64,000 nt of DNA. Origin: an uncultured virus (IMG/VR IMGVR_UViG_3300024264_000009). Taxonomy: Duplodnaviria > Heunggongvirae > Uroviricota > Caudoviricetes. Position 1 is the stretch's first letter, and each line of letters starts with the position of its first letter. A program made the position numbers and the translations under genes. Positions 1 to 11,054 of this stretch are shown piece after piece. The stretch lies in IMG/VR virus record IMGVR_UViG_3300024264_000009; one strand, written 5' to 3'. The notes under the pieces were generated by a model that worked only from the letters and a program-made list of their open reading frames with translations, did no database searches and had not been told where the DNA came from.

Positions 1-1010
1 GCAACAACCAAGTGTCCCATAAATGAAGTAAGATTAGTTATCATGTTCTTTAAACTTCTGAGTTCGTTATAAAGTTGTTCACCAATCTCTTGTTTGATTT
101 GTTTGGTCTTTTCCATTTTGACCTTTGCAACCACCTTATCTCTCCAGTAGCTTTCGAAGTGTTCCATATATCCTTTGTATGTTGGATTGAAACTACCACC
201 TCTGATAAGTGTATTACAATATGTTTTGTAAGATGCACCAGCACCTTTCTTTCCAATCTCTTCCTGTATTTTTTGGAACTTATCTAAATCTTTCTTTTTG
301 ATTCCGTGGAAGGCTTTACCTGTTTTGGATAGTTCTTGTGTAAGTGTAAGTGTTTCTTTTGCAGTCATTGAACCTTTACCACTGACATCTTTATATGTTG
401 CATCGTCAATCCAAACATCTTTACTGTTTCCTAGTTTAGATATGTTTGCACCAAAACTTGCACCCAAGTCTTCTATTGTAGAACCAGTGTATGTGGTATG
501 AAACACAATACCCATTTTAGAGTTTGCAATCTCTTTACCTAAATCTGAATTAATATCTACTGCATACATGATTGTATTTGGTTGGAATGTGACGAATGAT
601 TTTCCGTCAATCTTTTGCATTTTCTTATCATTGGTATACATTAAATCACCTTGCATGATTGTATTCCAAGATAGTTTAGATAAACATTGAAATGAAGTTA
701 AGAACTTTTCTTTTAATGCACCACTTAGTTCGTCTGCATTTTTAATTTCATGTTCTGAAGTGTAAAACTTAGGTTCTTTATTGAATAGAGATTTCTTTGC
801 AACAAAGAATTGATTAGTTTCGGGGTGTTGACCACAGAAAATAGCAGGAGCTCCGTCCCACTTAACAGTCATATTAACACTTGAATTAGAGTTTCCTTTT
901 AACATGTCTCTAAGACCCTGTAAAAAGTTTATAGCACCACGACCACCATCAATCCCTTGATTGATAATCTCGTCTTCTAAGTGTTCTAAATGTAGATTTT
1001 TTGCACCCAT
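1..1010 (-). CDS. Conserved T4-like marine phage protein (DUF6267-like), truncated by window edge; absent from the ORF track
   Basis: Manual translation from ATG at 1010: MGAKNLHLEHLEDEIINQGIDGGRGAINFLQGLRDMLKG...MTVKWDGAPAIFCG...FFVAKKSLFNK. This resembles a family common in marine T4-like phages (family name from memory). Confidence 0.75.
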   Translation of the reverse strand, partial: MGAKNLHLEHLEDEIINQGIDGGRGAINFLQGLRDMLKGNSNSSVNMTVKWDGAPAIFCGQHPETNQFFVAKKSLFNKEPKFYTSEHEIKNADELSGALKEKFLTSFQCLSKLSWNTIMQGDLMYTNDKKMQKIDGKSFVTFQPNTIMYAVDINSDLGKEIANSKMGIVFHTTYTGSTIEDLGASFGANISKLGNSKDVWIDDATYKDVSGKGSMTAKETLTLTQELSKTGKAFHGIKKKDLDKFQKIQEEIGKKGAGASYKTYCNTLIRGGSFNPTYKGYMEHFESYWRDKVVAKVKMEKTKQIKQEIGEQLYNELRSLKNMITNLTSFMGHLVV

Positions 1011-1070
1011 AATAGTAATTATACCACATTCTTGGTGGTATTACTACTATTTATGGTATTTTTTTGTTTA

Positions 1071-1508
1071 CTAACTTGGGTCAACTTGGTCAATATCACC
1101 AGCAGCTATTCCTGCGTCGATATCGTCTAAGTCTGATTGATATGCAGTTAAAGAAGCATCTATATCTGTAATAGCTTTATCTGAATCTGTTTTATTTGAT
1201 ATACCTTTTGCATGTTCTTGGAAATAGTATTGTTGCCAATCGTCATGTGTCCAATTACTTCCGTCAAAGTCTGCTGGATTCCAATCTGCAGTTGCAGTTA
1301 TTGAAGAGTTTGCAGTTTTCCATGCAGATAACCAACCAACAAGTCCAGCACCTGTCCATGCAGATTTACTACCACGTGCAGTATGGTCTGTTCCGTTAGG
1401 TTGATTAGTGACTTGATATTCTTGACTTACACCCTTTAACCAATTCTTCTGATTAGTTAAGCCTGCAATTTTAGATACTAAGTCGGCTCTTGCTGTTTCT
1501 CTTGACAT
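1071..1508 (-). CDS. Hypothetical protein
   Basis: 145-aa ORF with GGAG RBS and an upstream CTAAATA late-promoter-like site. Confidence 0.75.
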   Translation of the reverse strand: MSRETARADLVSKIAGLTNQKNWLKGVSQEYQVTNQPNGTDHTARGSKSAWTGAGLVGWLSAWKTANSSITATADWNPADFDGSNWTHDDWQQYYFQEHAKGISNKTDSDKAITDIDASLTAYQSDLDDIDAGIAAGDIDQVDPS

Positions 1509-1553
1509 AAATTCTCCGTGATTTACTATAGTGTATGTAATCTATGTTATTAT

Positions 1554-1730
1554 TTAGGATTTTGCAAGTGGTGAGGAAGACAATTTTGATTCTATTCTTG
1601 ATATTTTTTTGTTTATTTTATCAATTTCTTTAGAATCTTTAGACACACGTGCATCTCTCAATTGTTTCTTGAGTTCAATTTTTTCGGTTATCTTTGATAT
1701 AACCTCTGAACTTTTTATCACTTTCTTCAT
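1554..1730 (-). CDS. Small basic coiled-coil protein (58 aa)
   Basis: Manual translation MKKVIKSSEVISKITEKIELKKQLRDARVSK...; lies downstream of a sigma70-like promoter. Confidence 0.6.
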   Translation of the reverse strand: MKKVIKSSEVISKITEKIELKKQLRDARVSKDSKEIDKINKKISRIESKLSSSPLAKS

Positions 1731-1777
1731 AGAACCATCTAGTATAACATTATTTAGGTGGTCTGTAAAGGGGGTTT

Positions 1778-3175
1778 TTATTTGAAGTCGTTAAAATCTC
1801 TCTTCTGTCCATCATTCCTTCCTCTATCAAATACAGGAACATCATCATTGTAGGTAGAATCATTCTCAAATAGTTCTTCTTGTGCTTCTTGTTCACAATC
1901 ATAGAGTTTCATTCTACTTCTATCAATACCGATTACAAACCTTTTAAAGATTGTGGGGTCATTATATCGATTCTTCAACTGTTTCACTACGAGTTGGTCT
2001 AGTTCTTCTAGTTCGTCACTGGTAATCAGTGCAAACATCAAGTCTGCAGTCGCAGGTAGACCAAAACTTTCCGAAGTGTCTTCGAGTCCAATATCAGTGG
2101 AACCATAACCACTTCGGGTTGTTTGGGTTGCACTTACTAATGGAACGTTAAATTCCACTGCAAGTCCTCTAAGTTCTTCTGCAATACTCTTTACAAGTGT
2201 ATAAGAGTTTGCACCAGCACCTGGCCTCACTCTATGTGAAGCACATATGTTTAGATAATCGACAAATATAATATCGGGTTGGAAGTCTTTCTTGATATCC
2301 AATTCTTGTAATAGGTGTCTGAAGTGTCCAACGTGTGCAGTTGCAGTAGGGTATTCTTTTACTATGAGTTTACCTTTAGTTTTGTTTTTTAGTTTCTCAA
2401 CTTTCTTATCAAACATTTTCTTAGATAAATCGGGTAAATCTTTCATAGGAACATTCATAGTGTTTGCATCGATTCTCTCTGCAATCCTTTCTTCTGACAT
2501 TTCCATAGTAATGTATAAAACATTCTTGTTCATCATAAGACATGAAGCTGCTTGGTGACACATAAACAATGATTTACCAACACCAGTTCCAGCAAGAACA
2601 ATGTTAAGTGTTTTATTAGGTAATCCACCTTTGGTAATCTTGTTGAAGTATTCTAAGTCAAACGGAATCTTCTCTTCTTCCGTATGATAGAATTCAAATC
2701 TTGCATCTGCATCTTCTAACACGTCATGTCCAATGTTTGTGTCAAAAGACACGGAAAGTGCGTCCTTCAATAGTTCGGGTATTTCACCAGTAGACCTCTG
2801 TGATTTCTTGTCAATGACTTCAATCGAATCCATGACTGCAATATAGATTGCTCTATCCTTACACCATTTCTCCGTTTCTTCCACTAACCACTCACTTGGT
2901 GTGGTCTCCTTATCTTTACCAATCTTATCAACTATAGTTTTTGAACCCTTTGCAATATTCTCGTTAAGAGAAGTATTGTTTTCAAGGTTTATGAGAAGTG
3001 CTTCTACAGTTGGTGATTTAGTATACTTCTGAAAGTATTCGTGTATTTCATTGAATACAGTTCTTTCTTCAGTATCGGCAAAATACTCTGACTTAATGAA
3101 TGGGACGCACTTTCGTGCAAACTCTTCACTCCGAATCAGATTCTTCAGTATCGTCTGTTCTATGCGTGTTTCCAT
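1778..3175 (-). CDS. gp41: Replicative DnaB-like helicase
   Basis: Walker [43 protein letters not shown]. Confidence 0.97.
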   Translation of the reverse strand: METRIEQTILKNLIRSEEFARKCVPFIKSEYFADTEERTVFNEIHEYFQKYTKSPTVEALLINLENNTSLNENIAKGSKTIVDKIGKDKETTPSEWLVEETEKWCKDRAIYIAVMDSIEVIDKKSQRSTGEIPELLKDALSVSFDTNIGHDVLEDADARFEFYHTEEEKIPFDLEYFNKITKGGLPNKTLNIVLAGTGVGKSLFMCHQAASCLMMNKNVLYITMEMSEERIAERIDANTMNVPMKDLPDLSKKMFDKKVEKLKNKTKGKLIVKEYPTATAHVGHFRHLLQELDIKKDFQPDIIFVDYLNICASHRVRPGAGANSYTLVKSIAEELRGLAVEFNVPLVSATQTTRSGYGSTDIGLEDTSESFGLPATADLMFALITSDELEELDQLVVKQLKNRYNDPTIFKRFVIGIDRSRMKLYDCEQEAQEELFENDSTYNDDVPVFDRGRNDGQKRDFNDFK

Positions 3176-4178
3176 ATTTAAAGTATCCTTCTACTACTGT
3201 TTCGAGTCTTTCCATTACATCAGGTGTAAAGTATTTCTCGGGGTTGTTGTTAATTGTTTTACCAAATTCTGTTTTACCATTTGGTAGTTTGATACGTGTG
3301 GAACTCTTCTCAAAGATTCCACTTGCAAGTGCAAGGTCTAAAAGACCATAGTATCTATCCAGTCCACTGTCATAAGATAGTCTTACGTCAACTATTCTAT
3401 TTTCTACAGTCAATCTAGATTTTGCATTCTTACAATGAATGATATTACCAACGACTTCCGTTCCTTCTTTCTCTTTCTTTTTAGAAAGATAAATGATTGA
3501 AGAGGCTGCATATTTGAGACCACTTCCACCACCCATTTCTTTTTGAGGGAACATAGAACCAATCACATCATATGTGTGGTTCGTGACTATCATTGGAACA
3601 CCAGCACGTCCTAACTTAAGTGTTAGAACTCTGAATGCACCTTTAACAACTTGAGCACGAGTCATGTCTCGGGTTTCTTTACCCTCGGCAGTGTCCTCGA
3701 TTTCTTTAGTAGTTGATAACATACCAAGTGAGTCAAGACACATCATCATAGGTGGTCTCTTATCCTTGGGTGTTTCAAGATACTTATCAAGTATGGATAT
3801 TGCCTGTTTTCTGAATTCTTGAACAGTGACCACAGGCACGATAACCATTCTTTTTGAATCGATTCCTCTATCTTCAATCATTGTTTTACTGATTGCAGAT
3901 TCAGATTCGAAATATATTACTGCAGAATCGGGGTGGTCTTCAAGGAATTGTTTTACCATACCCAAGGCAAAGTAAGTTTTTCCTGTTGCAGATTCACCTG
4001 CGATTGCAGTGATTTTGTTTGAGGGAAGTCCACCATATAGTGAACCACTCAAAAGTGAATTGAAGACATAACTACCCGTATCTACGAATGTATCTACGTC
4101 TCCAGCAGCCACACCATCTGAAACTATATTTGCATATTCGTTTCCAGTTGATTTGACTAAATCTTTAATAAATGACAT
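3126..4178 (-). CDS. uvsX: RecA-like recombinase UvsX
   Basis: [28 protein letters not shown]; adjacent to gp41. Confidence 0.96.
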   Translation of the reverse strand: MSFIKDLVKSTGNEYANIVSDGVAAGDVDTFVDTGSYVFNSLLSGSLYGGLPSNKITAIAGESATGKTYFALGMVKQFLEDHPDSAVIYFESESAISKTMIEDRGIDSKRMVIVPVVTVQEFRKQAISILDKYLETPKDKRPPMMMCLDSLGMLSTTKEIEDTAEGKETRDMTRAQVVKGAFRVLTLKLGRAGVPMIVTNHTYDVIGSMFPQKEMGGGSGLKYAASSIIYLSKKKEKEGTEVVGNIIHCKNAKSRLTVENRIVDVRLSYDSGLDRYYGLLDLALASGIFEKSSTRIKLPNGKTEFGKTINNNPEKYFTPDVMERLETVVEGYFKYGNTHRTDDTEESDSE

Positions 4179-4244
4179 AACACTTCTCCATAATGTATCA
4201 CTCTATTATACAGAAGAAAGGTAAAATTGTAAAGGGGGTTTTTA

Positions 4245-4409
4245 TTAGTTATCTAATTTTTGTGAAATCTCACAAAGTCTTTCGTCAACTTTGATGTGTT
4301 CTTCCATCATAGAAACAAGTTGATTAACTTTAGATTCTAAGTGTATAATGAATCCAAAGATTACGGCTATCATAAGGATATAGAAACAGTCCATCATTGT
4401 TATAATCAT
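4245..4409 (-). CDS. Small membrane protein (54 aa)
   Basis: Manual translation MIITMMDCFYILMIAVIFGFIIHLESKVNQL...; ATGA overlap with the nuclease stop codon. Confidence 0.6.
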   Translation of the reverse strand: MIITMMDCFYILMIAVIFGFIIHLESKVNQLVSMMEEHIKVDERLCEISQKLDN

Positions 4410-4867
4410 GATACCTTATCTATATCCTCTTGGGTCACATATCCATTGTCCATAACAAATTTTCTGTTATCTAAATGTTGTTGTTCAACCAAGTCTTTAT
4501 TCTCTCCACTATAAACTACTGCATGACAATCTTTAATCATTTGAGTATTGATATCTACTTTGTGTCCGAATACAGGGTGTCCTTCTACATGATGTGCATA
4601 TAGTGTTCCTAAGATTCTTCCGAACTTACCTTTGTCATGTGATACAAGTGATACAGTTTCACATTCTTCTAGTAATTTCTTTAAGTGTTTTTTAGAAGCT
4701 TTACCAAATAGTTTTTCTACTTTGTCTCTAGTTCTAGATTCTGGCGTATCGATTCCAACCATTCGGACTCTTTGTTTTTTATAGACCATACCGAAACCTA
4801 AATCGATATCCACATCAATAGTGTCTCCATCTACAACTTTGACTACTTTAACTTTATACTCATACAT
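4406..4867 (-). CDS. Thermonuclease (SNase-like) family protein
   Basis: MYEYKVKVVKVVDGDTIDVDIDLGF...RVRMVGIDTPESRT...GKFGRILG; start re-set to 4867. Confidence 0.92.
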   Translation of the reverse strand: MYEYKVKVVKVVDGDTIDVDIDLGFGMVYKKQRVRMVGIDTPESRTRDKVEKLFGKASKKHLKKLLEECETVSLVSHDKGKFGRILGTLYAHHVEGHPVFGHKVDINTQMIKDCHAVVYSGENKDLVEQQHLDNRKFVMDNGYVTQEDIDKVS

Positions 4868-5282
4868 AATTATGTTTCCTATGTGCGGTTTTTTCTGACC
4901 AATCTTGAATTGCTTTTCTAATAGAGTCTTCTGCAAGAACACTGCAGTGCAATTTTATTGGGGGAAGTTCTAAGGCTTCTGCAATCTCTTTGTCTTTTAT
5001 CTGACTTGCTTCTTCAATAGTCTTTCCCGTTAACATGTCTACGAAAAGAGACGAACTTGCAATTGCACTTCCACAACCATATGTTTTAAACTTAACATCT
5101 TCAATAACATCAGTATCGGGATTTATTTTTATATCCAATTTCATAACGTCTCCACATGCTGGAGCACCCGTTAGTCCTGTTGCAACATTAGGGTCATTGG
5201 GGTCGAATCTACCAACACCATGTTTCTTAGGGTTATTTAAAACGTCTTCGAATCTCTCTACTACTTTATTACTATATGCCAT
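4860..5282 (-). CDS. iscU: Fe-S cluster assembly scaffold IscU
   Basis: GAPACGDVMKL, FKTYGCGSAIASSS, LPPIKLHCSVLAEDS; three conserved Cys and an LPPVK-like chaperone motif. Confidence 0.95.
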   Translation of the reverse strand: MAYSNKVVERFEDVLNNPKKHGVGRFDPNDPNVATGLTGAPACGDVMKLDIKINPDTDVIEDVKFKTYGCGSAIASSSLFVDMLTGKTIEEASQIKDKEIAEALELPPIKLHCSVLAEDSIRKAIQDWSEKTAHRKHNYV

Positions 5283-5291
5283 ATTAATTAT

Positions 5292-7808
5292 TTATCCGAA
5301 AAAAGAATCTAAGCTTGCAACTGGTTCTACATTCCAGTTAATTAAGTTCACAATATTCTTTAGTGGTTCATTAAATGCTTTATCAAACTGCATATCATAG
5401 TCAATAAATCTATGTAAGTCCAACTCTCTTGGTAGAGAACTTGAGAATGATATTACATTCTCATTGATTGGATTTGGTGTTGTAAGATATGAGAAACGAA
5501 TCTTATCTGAGTTCTTAATCATTTCATATCTTAAGTCAAGATTTTTAGATTTCAGTAAGTGATTGTGTAAGAGTGAACCTCTGACATGAATCGGTGTTCC
5601 TTTCCCATAGATATGAGTCGGGTCTGAATACGTCACAAGGTTTTTGACACCTCTAGGAAATGCAACTTCCTCGGGTGGAAGGTTTCTAAATTCTTTTCGT
5701 GCAGTCTCTACGAACTCCCATAAGTCCTGTTCAGTTCCATTCATTACTACCTTTAAGGCTTCTGTTAGTTTAGTTCTGACCCATTGTGGTGTAGAGGACT
5801 TTGCAGTCTCAATACCCATCATTTTAAGTTTGGGTTCTGCAAGTCGGACACCTTCGTTGTCATGGACATTTAGAATGTATCGTTTCTTTGCAGTCCAAAT
5901 ACCTCTATCTGCAATTACTTCACGACCCATTTGCATTTTCTGTTGGAATGCATTAGTATATTCTGCAAGGTCGTCAAAACCACGTGCAAGAACTTGTTCA
6001 ATCATACCTTCTGACTTGTTTAGGAAATCCACAATCTTGGTCTTGTCTGTTTCTTCGGGTAAGACTTTCTTGACCAGTTTATCCATAGTGATATAAACTG
6101 AATCAGTGTCCATTGCAATCACATAGTCTTCGTTATCTGTTCCAAGTGTTTTGTTTAGGAACTCATTGATAGTTTTCTCTGACCACTTAATAATTAACTG
6201 ACCACTGGTTGTGATTGACTCTGCAAGGTCAATAGAAAAGAATGCAAAGTATTGATTTGCAAGAGCTCCATATGCAGAGTTAAGTGCAATCTTACGAACC
6301 TGTTGATTGTTGTATGCACGTTTGATAAGTGTATCAAGTTCTTTCTTACGTTTGGTTTCTTTACAGACTTCTCGTTCTTGTTGATACTTAATCATTTTCT
6401 TCTTCCACTCCTTTCTCTCGTCATAGAGTTTTTCCATAAGTTCGGGAAGAAATCCTTGTTTGTTTTTAGAATACATTACACCATTTGGACACACTGCATG
6501 ACCCTGTTGGTGAACATATGATAAGTCACATTCTTTGTTTAACATTCTATCAATGGTTAAGTCCTGTCTGTTTCCTTTTATCATTTTCTCGGGTGAGATA
6601 TTGTATTGCATAATGATATGTGGATACAGTGAGTTCAAGTCAAATGACACTACCCAATCATGTCCACCGACTATTGGGTCTTTGACATATGCACCAACAA
6701 TTTGGTGTGTCTTATCATTACCACTCCTTAATCTTTGGGGTGGGGTTTGTATGTTTTGGTCTTTGAGGTGATTGTAGATTATGGTTTCCCAATACTTCAC
6801 CATTCCGAATGTGTCATTATAATTACACTTTGCATTATAGGACATTGCAAGTGTTAGTTCCAATAGTCCTAGTTTGTCCTCTAGTTCTTCAACAAGGACA
6901 ACGTCTTTGACATTGTATTCCAAGAACTTTGGATAGTCTTGTTTGTAAAGTGTATGTAGATTTCCATACTCTGAGTAATCTAGTTTACCAGTTCCAAGTT
7001 CTACTTGTGCAATGTTTTCTAGTTTGTAGGATTCTTGATTTACGAATGTATGTTTACGATATATCTCAAGGTAGTCAAGAACATTGATACCATATAGATT
7101 GAATATCATTTGTTTCTGACCATAAGTAGACATGAACTCTCTGACATCACATTGACCCCATGGTGAGAGTTTCTTATGTTCTCCCTCTCCTAGTATTCTA
7201 TCAATACGATTACAGAGATAGGTGATATCAAAAGAGTTTACATTCCAACCTGTGATAATATCGAACCACTCTTGTCTCCAGTATTTAACGAACTGGGTTA
7301 AAAGGTCAACCTCATTTAAACAATTGTAATAGATTACATCTGTTCTGTTGTGTTCCCAAGGCCCGATACCAAAAACATGTGTATCTTTACCAAGTGGTTT
7401 CATTGAAATTGCATTGACCTTTTCAGTTGCAAGGGTTGGTTCGGGGAATCCGTCTTCACACTCACACTCAATATCAAGTGTTGCAATCTTAATCTGATTT
7501 AGATTCCAGTTTATCTCACCTTGAAATTTATCTGCAATATATGTATAGATATATCGGTCATATCCATGGATTTCAAATCCATGAGTTCCAGCATAATTCT
7601 CTCGAAATTTTCTTGCACCACCCATAGAGTTTAGGTTCACTACTTCTAGTGACCTTCCGTCTAATGATTTGAATGGTGTGTCTCCCTTCTTAGAAGGGAT
7701 ATAATGATTGGGTCTATAAGATACGGATAGTTTTTGTTGTTTTCCGTTCTTATATCCTTTGACAAGTATTTTGTCACGTGTTCTGCAAACGTTAGTATAG
7801 AAATCCAT
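5292..7808 (-). CDS. gp43: Family B DNA polymerase
   Basis: ExoI DIECE, SFDLNSLYPHII, KIALNSAYG, AMDTDSVY, KKRYILN. Confidence 0.98.
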   Translation of the reverse strand: MDFYTNVCRTRDKILVKGYKNGKQQKLSVSYRPNHYIPSKKGDTPFKSLDGRSLEVVNLNSMGGARKFRENYAGTHGFEIHGYDRYIYTYIADKFQGEINWNLNQIKIATLDIECECEDGFPEPTLATEKVNAISMKPLGKDTHVFGIGPWEHNRTDVIYYNCLNEVDLLTQFVKYWRQEWFDIITGWNVNSFDITYLCNRIDRILGEGEHKKLSPWGQCDVREFMSTYGQKQMIFNLYGINVLDYLEIYRKHTFVNQESYKLENIAQVELGTGKLDYSEYGNLHTLYKQDYPKFLEYNVKDVVLVEELEDKLGLLELTLAMSYNAKCNYNDTFGMVKYWETIIYNHLKDQNIQTPPQRLRSGNDKTHQIVGAYVKDPIVGGHDWVVSFDLNSLYPHIIMQYNISPEKMIKGNRQDLTIDRMLNKECDLSYVHQQGHAVCPNGVMYSKNKQGFLPELMEKLYDERKEWKKKMIKYQQEREVCKETKRKKELDTLIKRAYNNQQVRKIALNSAYGALANQYFAFFSIDLAESITTSGQLIIKWSEKTINEFLNKTLGTDNEDYVIAMDTDSVYITMDKLVKKVLPEETDKTKIVDFLNKSEGMIEQVLARGFDDLAEYTNAFQQKMQMGREVIADRGIWTAKKRYILNVHDNEGVRLAEPKLKMMGIETAKSSTPQWVRTKLTEALKVVMNGTEQDLWEFVETARKEFRNLPPEEVAFPRGVKNLVTYSDPTHIYGKGTPIHVRGSLLHNHLLKSKNLDLRYEMIKNSDKIRFSYLTTPNPINENVISFSSSLPRELDLHRFIDYDMQFDKAFNEPLKNIVNLINWNVEPVASLDSFFG

Positions 7809-7832
7809 GTAGTTATTATACTACAAGGGGGT

Positions 7833-8066
7833 CTATTCTGTCAAGGTAGTAAGATTACTTTTTCCGTGTAAAATGTCGTAAGTGACATCATATTTTTCTT
7901 TTGCATTTGCAAGTTTCTCAATTTGAGTATCGAGTGCTTGTGCAATGTCGGGGTGTTCACCAATACCAGCTGGGTTGTTTTTGTATACTTCAATGTTTGC
8001 CATTGCAATATCCATTTCACCTTGATACTGACTCATTAGTGCTTTTAATAGTGTTTCTCTTCCCAT
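7833..8066 (-). CDS. Conserved hypothetical phage protein
   Basis: 77 aa with NPAGIGEHPDI motif; coupled to the upstream gene. Confidence 0.75.
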   Translation of the reverse strand: MGRETLLKALMSQYQGEMDIAMANIEVYKNNPAGIGEHPDIAQALDTQIEKLANAKEKYDVTYDILHGKSNLTTLTE

Positions 8067-8347
8067 TATTTATTACCCCTTACTTTATTACCTGTTGCAA
8101 CTTTAAAGTTGGTTTCAAGTTGTGGTCTTGGTTCAAAAACTGTTTGAACTAAATCACTGTTTAATATGAACGTGTATTCTTTTGCAAAAGGAATCCATGG
8201 TGCAAGATTAACTTCATACTTTCCGTCTTCTGTATTTGTTAAACAAATTTGTGCATCTATGATTTTGTAATTTCCTAATATAGTTCTCTCAACGAATCCA
8301 ATTAGAACTTCTCCAGTATCCAGTCTTATACATTTTACTTTAGACAC
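8066..8347 (-). CDS. Hypothetical protein, Sm-like fold probable
   Basis: IRLDTGEVLIG...LAPWIPF pattern typical of T4-like genes upstream of gp43. Confidence 0.7.
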   Translation of the reverse strand: MSKVKCIRLDTGEVLIGFVERTILGNYKIIDAQICLTNTEDGKYEVNLAPWIPFAKEYTFILNSDLVQTVFEPRPQLETNFKVATGNKVRGNK

Positions 8348-8795
8348 TTCTTACCATCTCCTGTAATTCAACACTTCGTCTTCCGACCTGTCCGAACCAT
8401 TTAGAATCTTCCATTTCGACTGCAACCTTTTCCCAGTCACAAGCAACAACACCTTTCCACATGTTATTGAACTTACTGAATCTTGTTCCACCTAAGTTGA
8501 ATGTCATGTTAACTAAAACGTGTTGAATGTCTTCGGGTAGTGCATAGAAATCTTCTCCACCTTTTGATTCAAATACATGAATGGTTTCTTCAACGTGTTT
8601 ATCAAAGTCTGATTCATAGTATGCATCTACTACTTCTTGACTCACTGGAGTCCCAGCAGGTTGTCCATATTCTGCGTCACCTTCTTTGATAAGATGTCCG
8701 ACACCTAGTGTTAAGTATCCTAGTGAATCTGCGTAAACTTCGAGGACTTCTCCCTCATGTCTCTTAATCTGTTCCTTTAGTATCTCTTTGTTCAT
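8340..8795 (-). CDS. Phage lysozyme (T4L-like muramidase)
   Basis: KRHEG...YADSLGYLTLGVGHL with catalytic E-D-T pattern; NMTFNLG; SKWFGQVGRR. Confidence 0.92.
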   Translation of the reverse strand: MNKEILKEQIKRHEGEVLEVYADSLGYLTLGVGHLIKEGDAEYGQPAGTPVSQEVVDAYYESDFDKHVEETIHVFESKGGEDFYALPEDIQHVLVNMTFNLGGTRFSKFNNMWKGVVACDWEKVAVEMEDSKWFGQVGRRSVELQEMVRSV

Positions 8796-9078
8796 TCTCT
8801 TTCCTCGCTTGTTCTTCTATTAATTCAACCAATATGTCACCCATAAGGTTATTAAGTTCGGTATTATTTAGGAGTTCTTCAAAGTCATGATTGTCGGGAA
8901 CTTTGATAAGATTCCTTTGAAAGTTTAAGTGTTTCTTACCTTCTACAAACTCTACTTTACCATATGTGTATATGAGTCCTTCCCATATTCCTTTAGTAAG
9001 TTGAATGCCTGACATGTTTAATTTATTATTGTCAACAACACAATAAACACCTTCGTCAAATAATGGTGTATTACCCAA
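8764..9078 (-). CDS. Hypothetical protein (start uncertain)
   Basis: Open frame between the methyltransferase and lysozyme; TTG at 9078 or ATG at 9015 are plausible starts. Confidence 0.65.
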   Translation of the reverse strand: MGNTPLFDEGVYCVVDNNKLNMSGIQLTKGIWEGLIYTYGKVEFVEGKKHLNFQRNLIKVPDNHDFEELLNNTELNNLMGDILVELIEEQARKENEQRDTKGTD

Positions 9079-10504
9079 AGAAACTCTCCAATGAATTGTG
9101 TTTGTTAGGTAGGAATAAATCTTTATCTTCTTTTGCAAACCACCATACATTTTCCATGTATAGTTTTTTCATAAAGTCTTGCATTGCAGTTCTATCAATT
9201 CCTTCTTTATCTGATACTTGGTTGTCGTCACTATCACCTTTCACGTCTGACCACTTCTCTAAGAATGCAGTAGAAGATTGAGGCCTTTGCATGATTCTCA
9301 TTCCTATCTGACCTTTGAAGTGTTCTCTTAATTCGTCTACTACTTCGTCACATGAGGGAAACATTTTACCTTTTATTTTTGGATTCATAATGTTAATCAA
9401 TAAGTGTCCGTTATCTGATAACACTTCAAATGATTTTTTAGAAACTGGAATAAAGAAGTCGTCTCTCCATGATTCATATTCTGAGAACTTACTCCATGAT
9501 TGGTCTTCTTCGTGTTCTCCACCTTTGTTGTATGTCTCTGTTGAGAAATATGGTGGTGAAGTAAATGCACAATCTATTGGTGGGAATTTTTCATAAGGAA
9601 TATCCTCTGCACCACTTCTATAGATTACAACTCTCTTTTCACCAACTGACATAAACTTGTCTTTGGTTTCTGTAATCTTTGGTGCATGACCTGTAAGAAT
9701 TGTTTCATATTCTATACATTGTTTCTTATATCTTTCAAATGTGTTTGGGTTTGGGTCACAACCAATATACACTGTAGTTCCTTTACTTGCAAAGAATCCA
9801 CATAGTCTATCTCCCCAACCACAACTTGTATCCAATACAGTTCTTGCATCAGTCATTTCATAGAAACACTTTGCAACCACTGGTTTAAATTGTGTTGCAA
9901 TATAGGCACCAAGTCTGAATGCCATTCTGTAAGTGTCTTCTCTCAATGAACCACCAACAAGTTTTATAACCTCGTTTCCGTCTACGTCTTTTGATACTTC
10001 TTTTGTGATATCATTAACACCTCTCCATATTGCACCGAGGGGTGATTTCAATTCTTTTGCAGTCGATTCTCTAAATGCATTCAATGGAGCTCTATGTCCA
10101 TACGAATCACAAGACAATCTTAAATCTTGCATAAAGTAATCACTTGCATCATTAAATGTGGAAGGTGCATTGACCATTCCATGTCCCCATTCTGAATAAG
10201 GGTATTTGTAGTCGTCATATTTCTCTACGACTTCCTGTTCTAAATTTTCGTGTGGGTATATAAACTTCCAAACAGGATATTCTAAAAGTTTAATAAAGGT
10301 GTTTCTCATATCTTCATGAGAGATTTGTTTTAGAGGAAACTCGGGTCTTTCAGTTTCTATGTATTCTGCAAGAACCTCACGGAAGTATTCTCTCCCATGT
10401 TCTTCAGTTAATGCATCAAAGAGACTACCATCAATAATAGGCAATCTCTTTTCGTTTGCATTATCTTTTAAGACTTGATAAAGTTTAGATGTTTGCAAGG
10501 ACAT
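9071..10504 (-). CDS. Amino (N6-A/N4-C) DNA methyltransferase
   Basis: SAM-binding LDTSCGWGDRL and IGCDPN; catalytic FTSPPYF; start re-set to about 10504. Confidence 0.85.
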   Translation of the reverse strand: MSLQTSKLYQVLKDNANEKRLPIIDGSLFDALTEEHGREYFREVLAEYIETERPEFPLKQISHEDMRNTFIKLLEYPVWKFIYPHENLEQEVVEKYDDYKYPYSEWGHGMVNAPSTFNDASDYFMQDLRLSCDSYGHRAPLNAFRESTAKELKSPLGAIWRGVNDITKEVSKDVDGNEVIKLVGGSLREDTYRMAFRLGAYIATQFKPVVAKCFYEMTDARTVLDTSCGWGDRLCGFFASKGTTVYIGCDPNPNTFERYKKQCIEYETILTGHAPKITETKDKFMSVGEKRVVIYRSGAEDIPYEKFPPIDCAFTSPPYFSTETYNKGGEHEEDQSWSKFSEYESWRDDFFIPVSKKSFEVLSDNGHLLINIMNPKIKGKMFPSCDEVVDELREHFKGQIGMRIMQRPQSSTAFLEKWSDVKGDSDDNQVSDKEGIDRTAMQDFMKKLYMENVWWFAKEDKDLFLPNKHNSLESFFG

Positions 10505-10985
10505 TTTCGGGTGTAGATACTTCATAAGGGTCTGAATCGATATTGTCACCGAATCCTTCTTCTGCAAATACATGTTCAATGACATTGTCATTTACAACAA
10601 TTGCATATCTCCAAGACCTAATACCAAATCCTAGATTTGCTTTCTGCACACTTGCACCCATACCTTCTGTAAACTCTCCGTTTCCATCGGGAAGTGGGAA
10701 TACGTCAACAGTTCCTTGTGACTCAAACCATGCATTCATAACAAAGGAATCATTCACTGATAAACAGTAAATTGAATCTATTCCTTTTTCGTCATGGAAT
10801 GTTTCAAACTTCTCGTCAAAGCCTGGCAATTGTTGTTCTGAACAAGTTGGTGTAAATGCACCAGGCAGTGCAAATATAATTACCCTCTTACCTTCAAATT
10901 GTTCCCATGTATCTAAGTGTTCAAAAGTGTCTCCTACTCTAACGGGTAGAATAACTTGTGGAATCTTATCTCCTACGTTTAACAT
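10485..10985 (-). CDS. Peroxiredoxin (Prx5-type)
   Basis: LPGAFTPTCS, LSVNDSFVMNAW, PDGNGEF, RSWRYA; GGAG RBS before ATG 10985. Confidence 0.95.
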   Translation of the reverse strand: MLNVGDKIPQVILPVRVGDTFEHLDTWEQFEGKRVIIFALPGAFTPTCSEQQLPGFDEKFETFHDEKGIDSIYCLSVNDSFVMNAWFESQGTVDVFPLPDGNGEFTEGMGASVQKANLGFGIRSWRYAIVVNDNVIEHVFAEEGFGDNIDSDPYEVSTPENVLANI

Positions 10986-11054
10986 ATTTTTTCTCCATAA
11001 TATAAAAAGATACACCCATTATAACTCATAACAGGTGTATCTGTAAGGGGGTTT

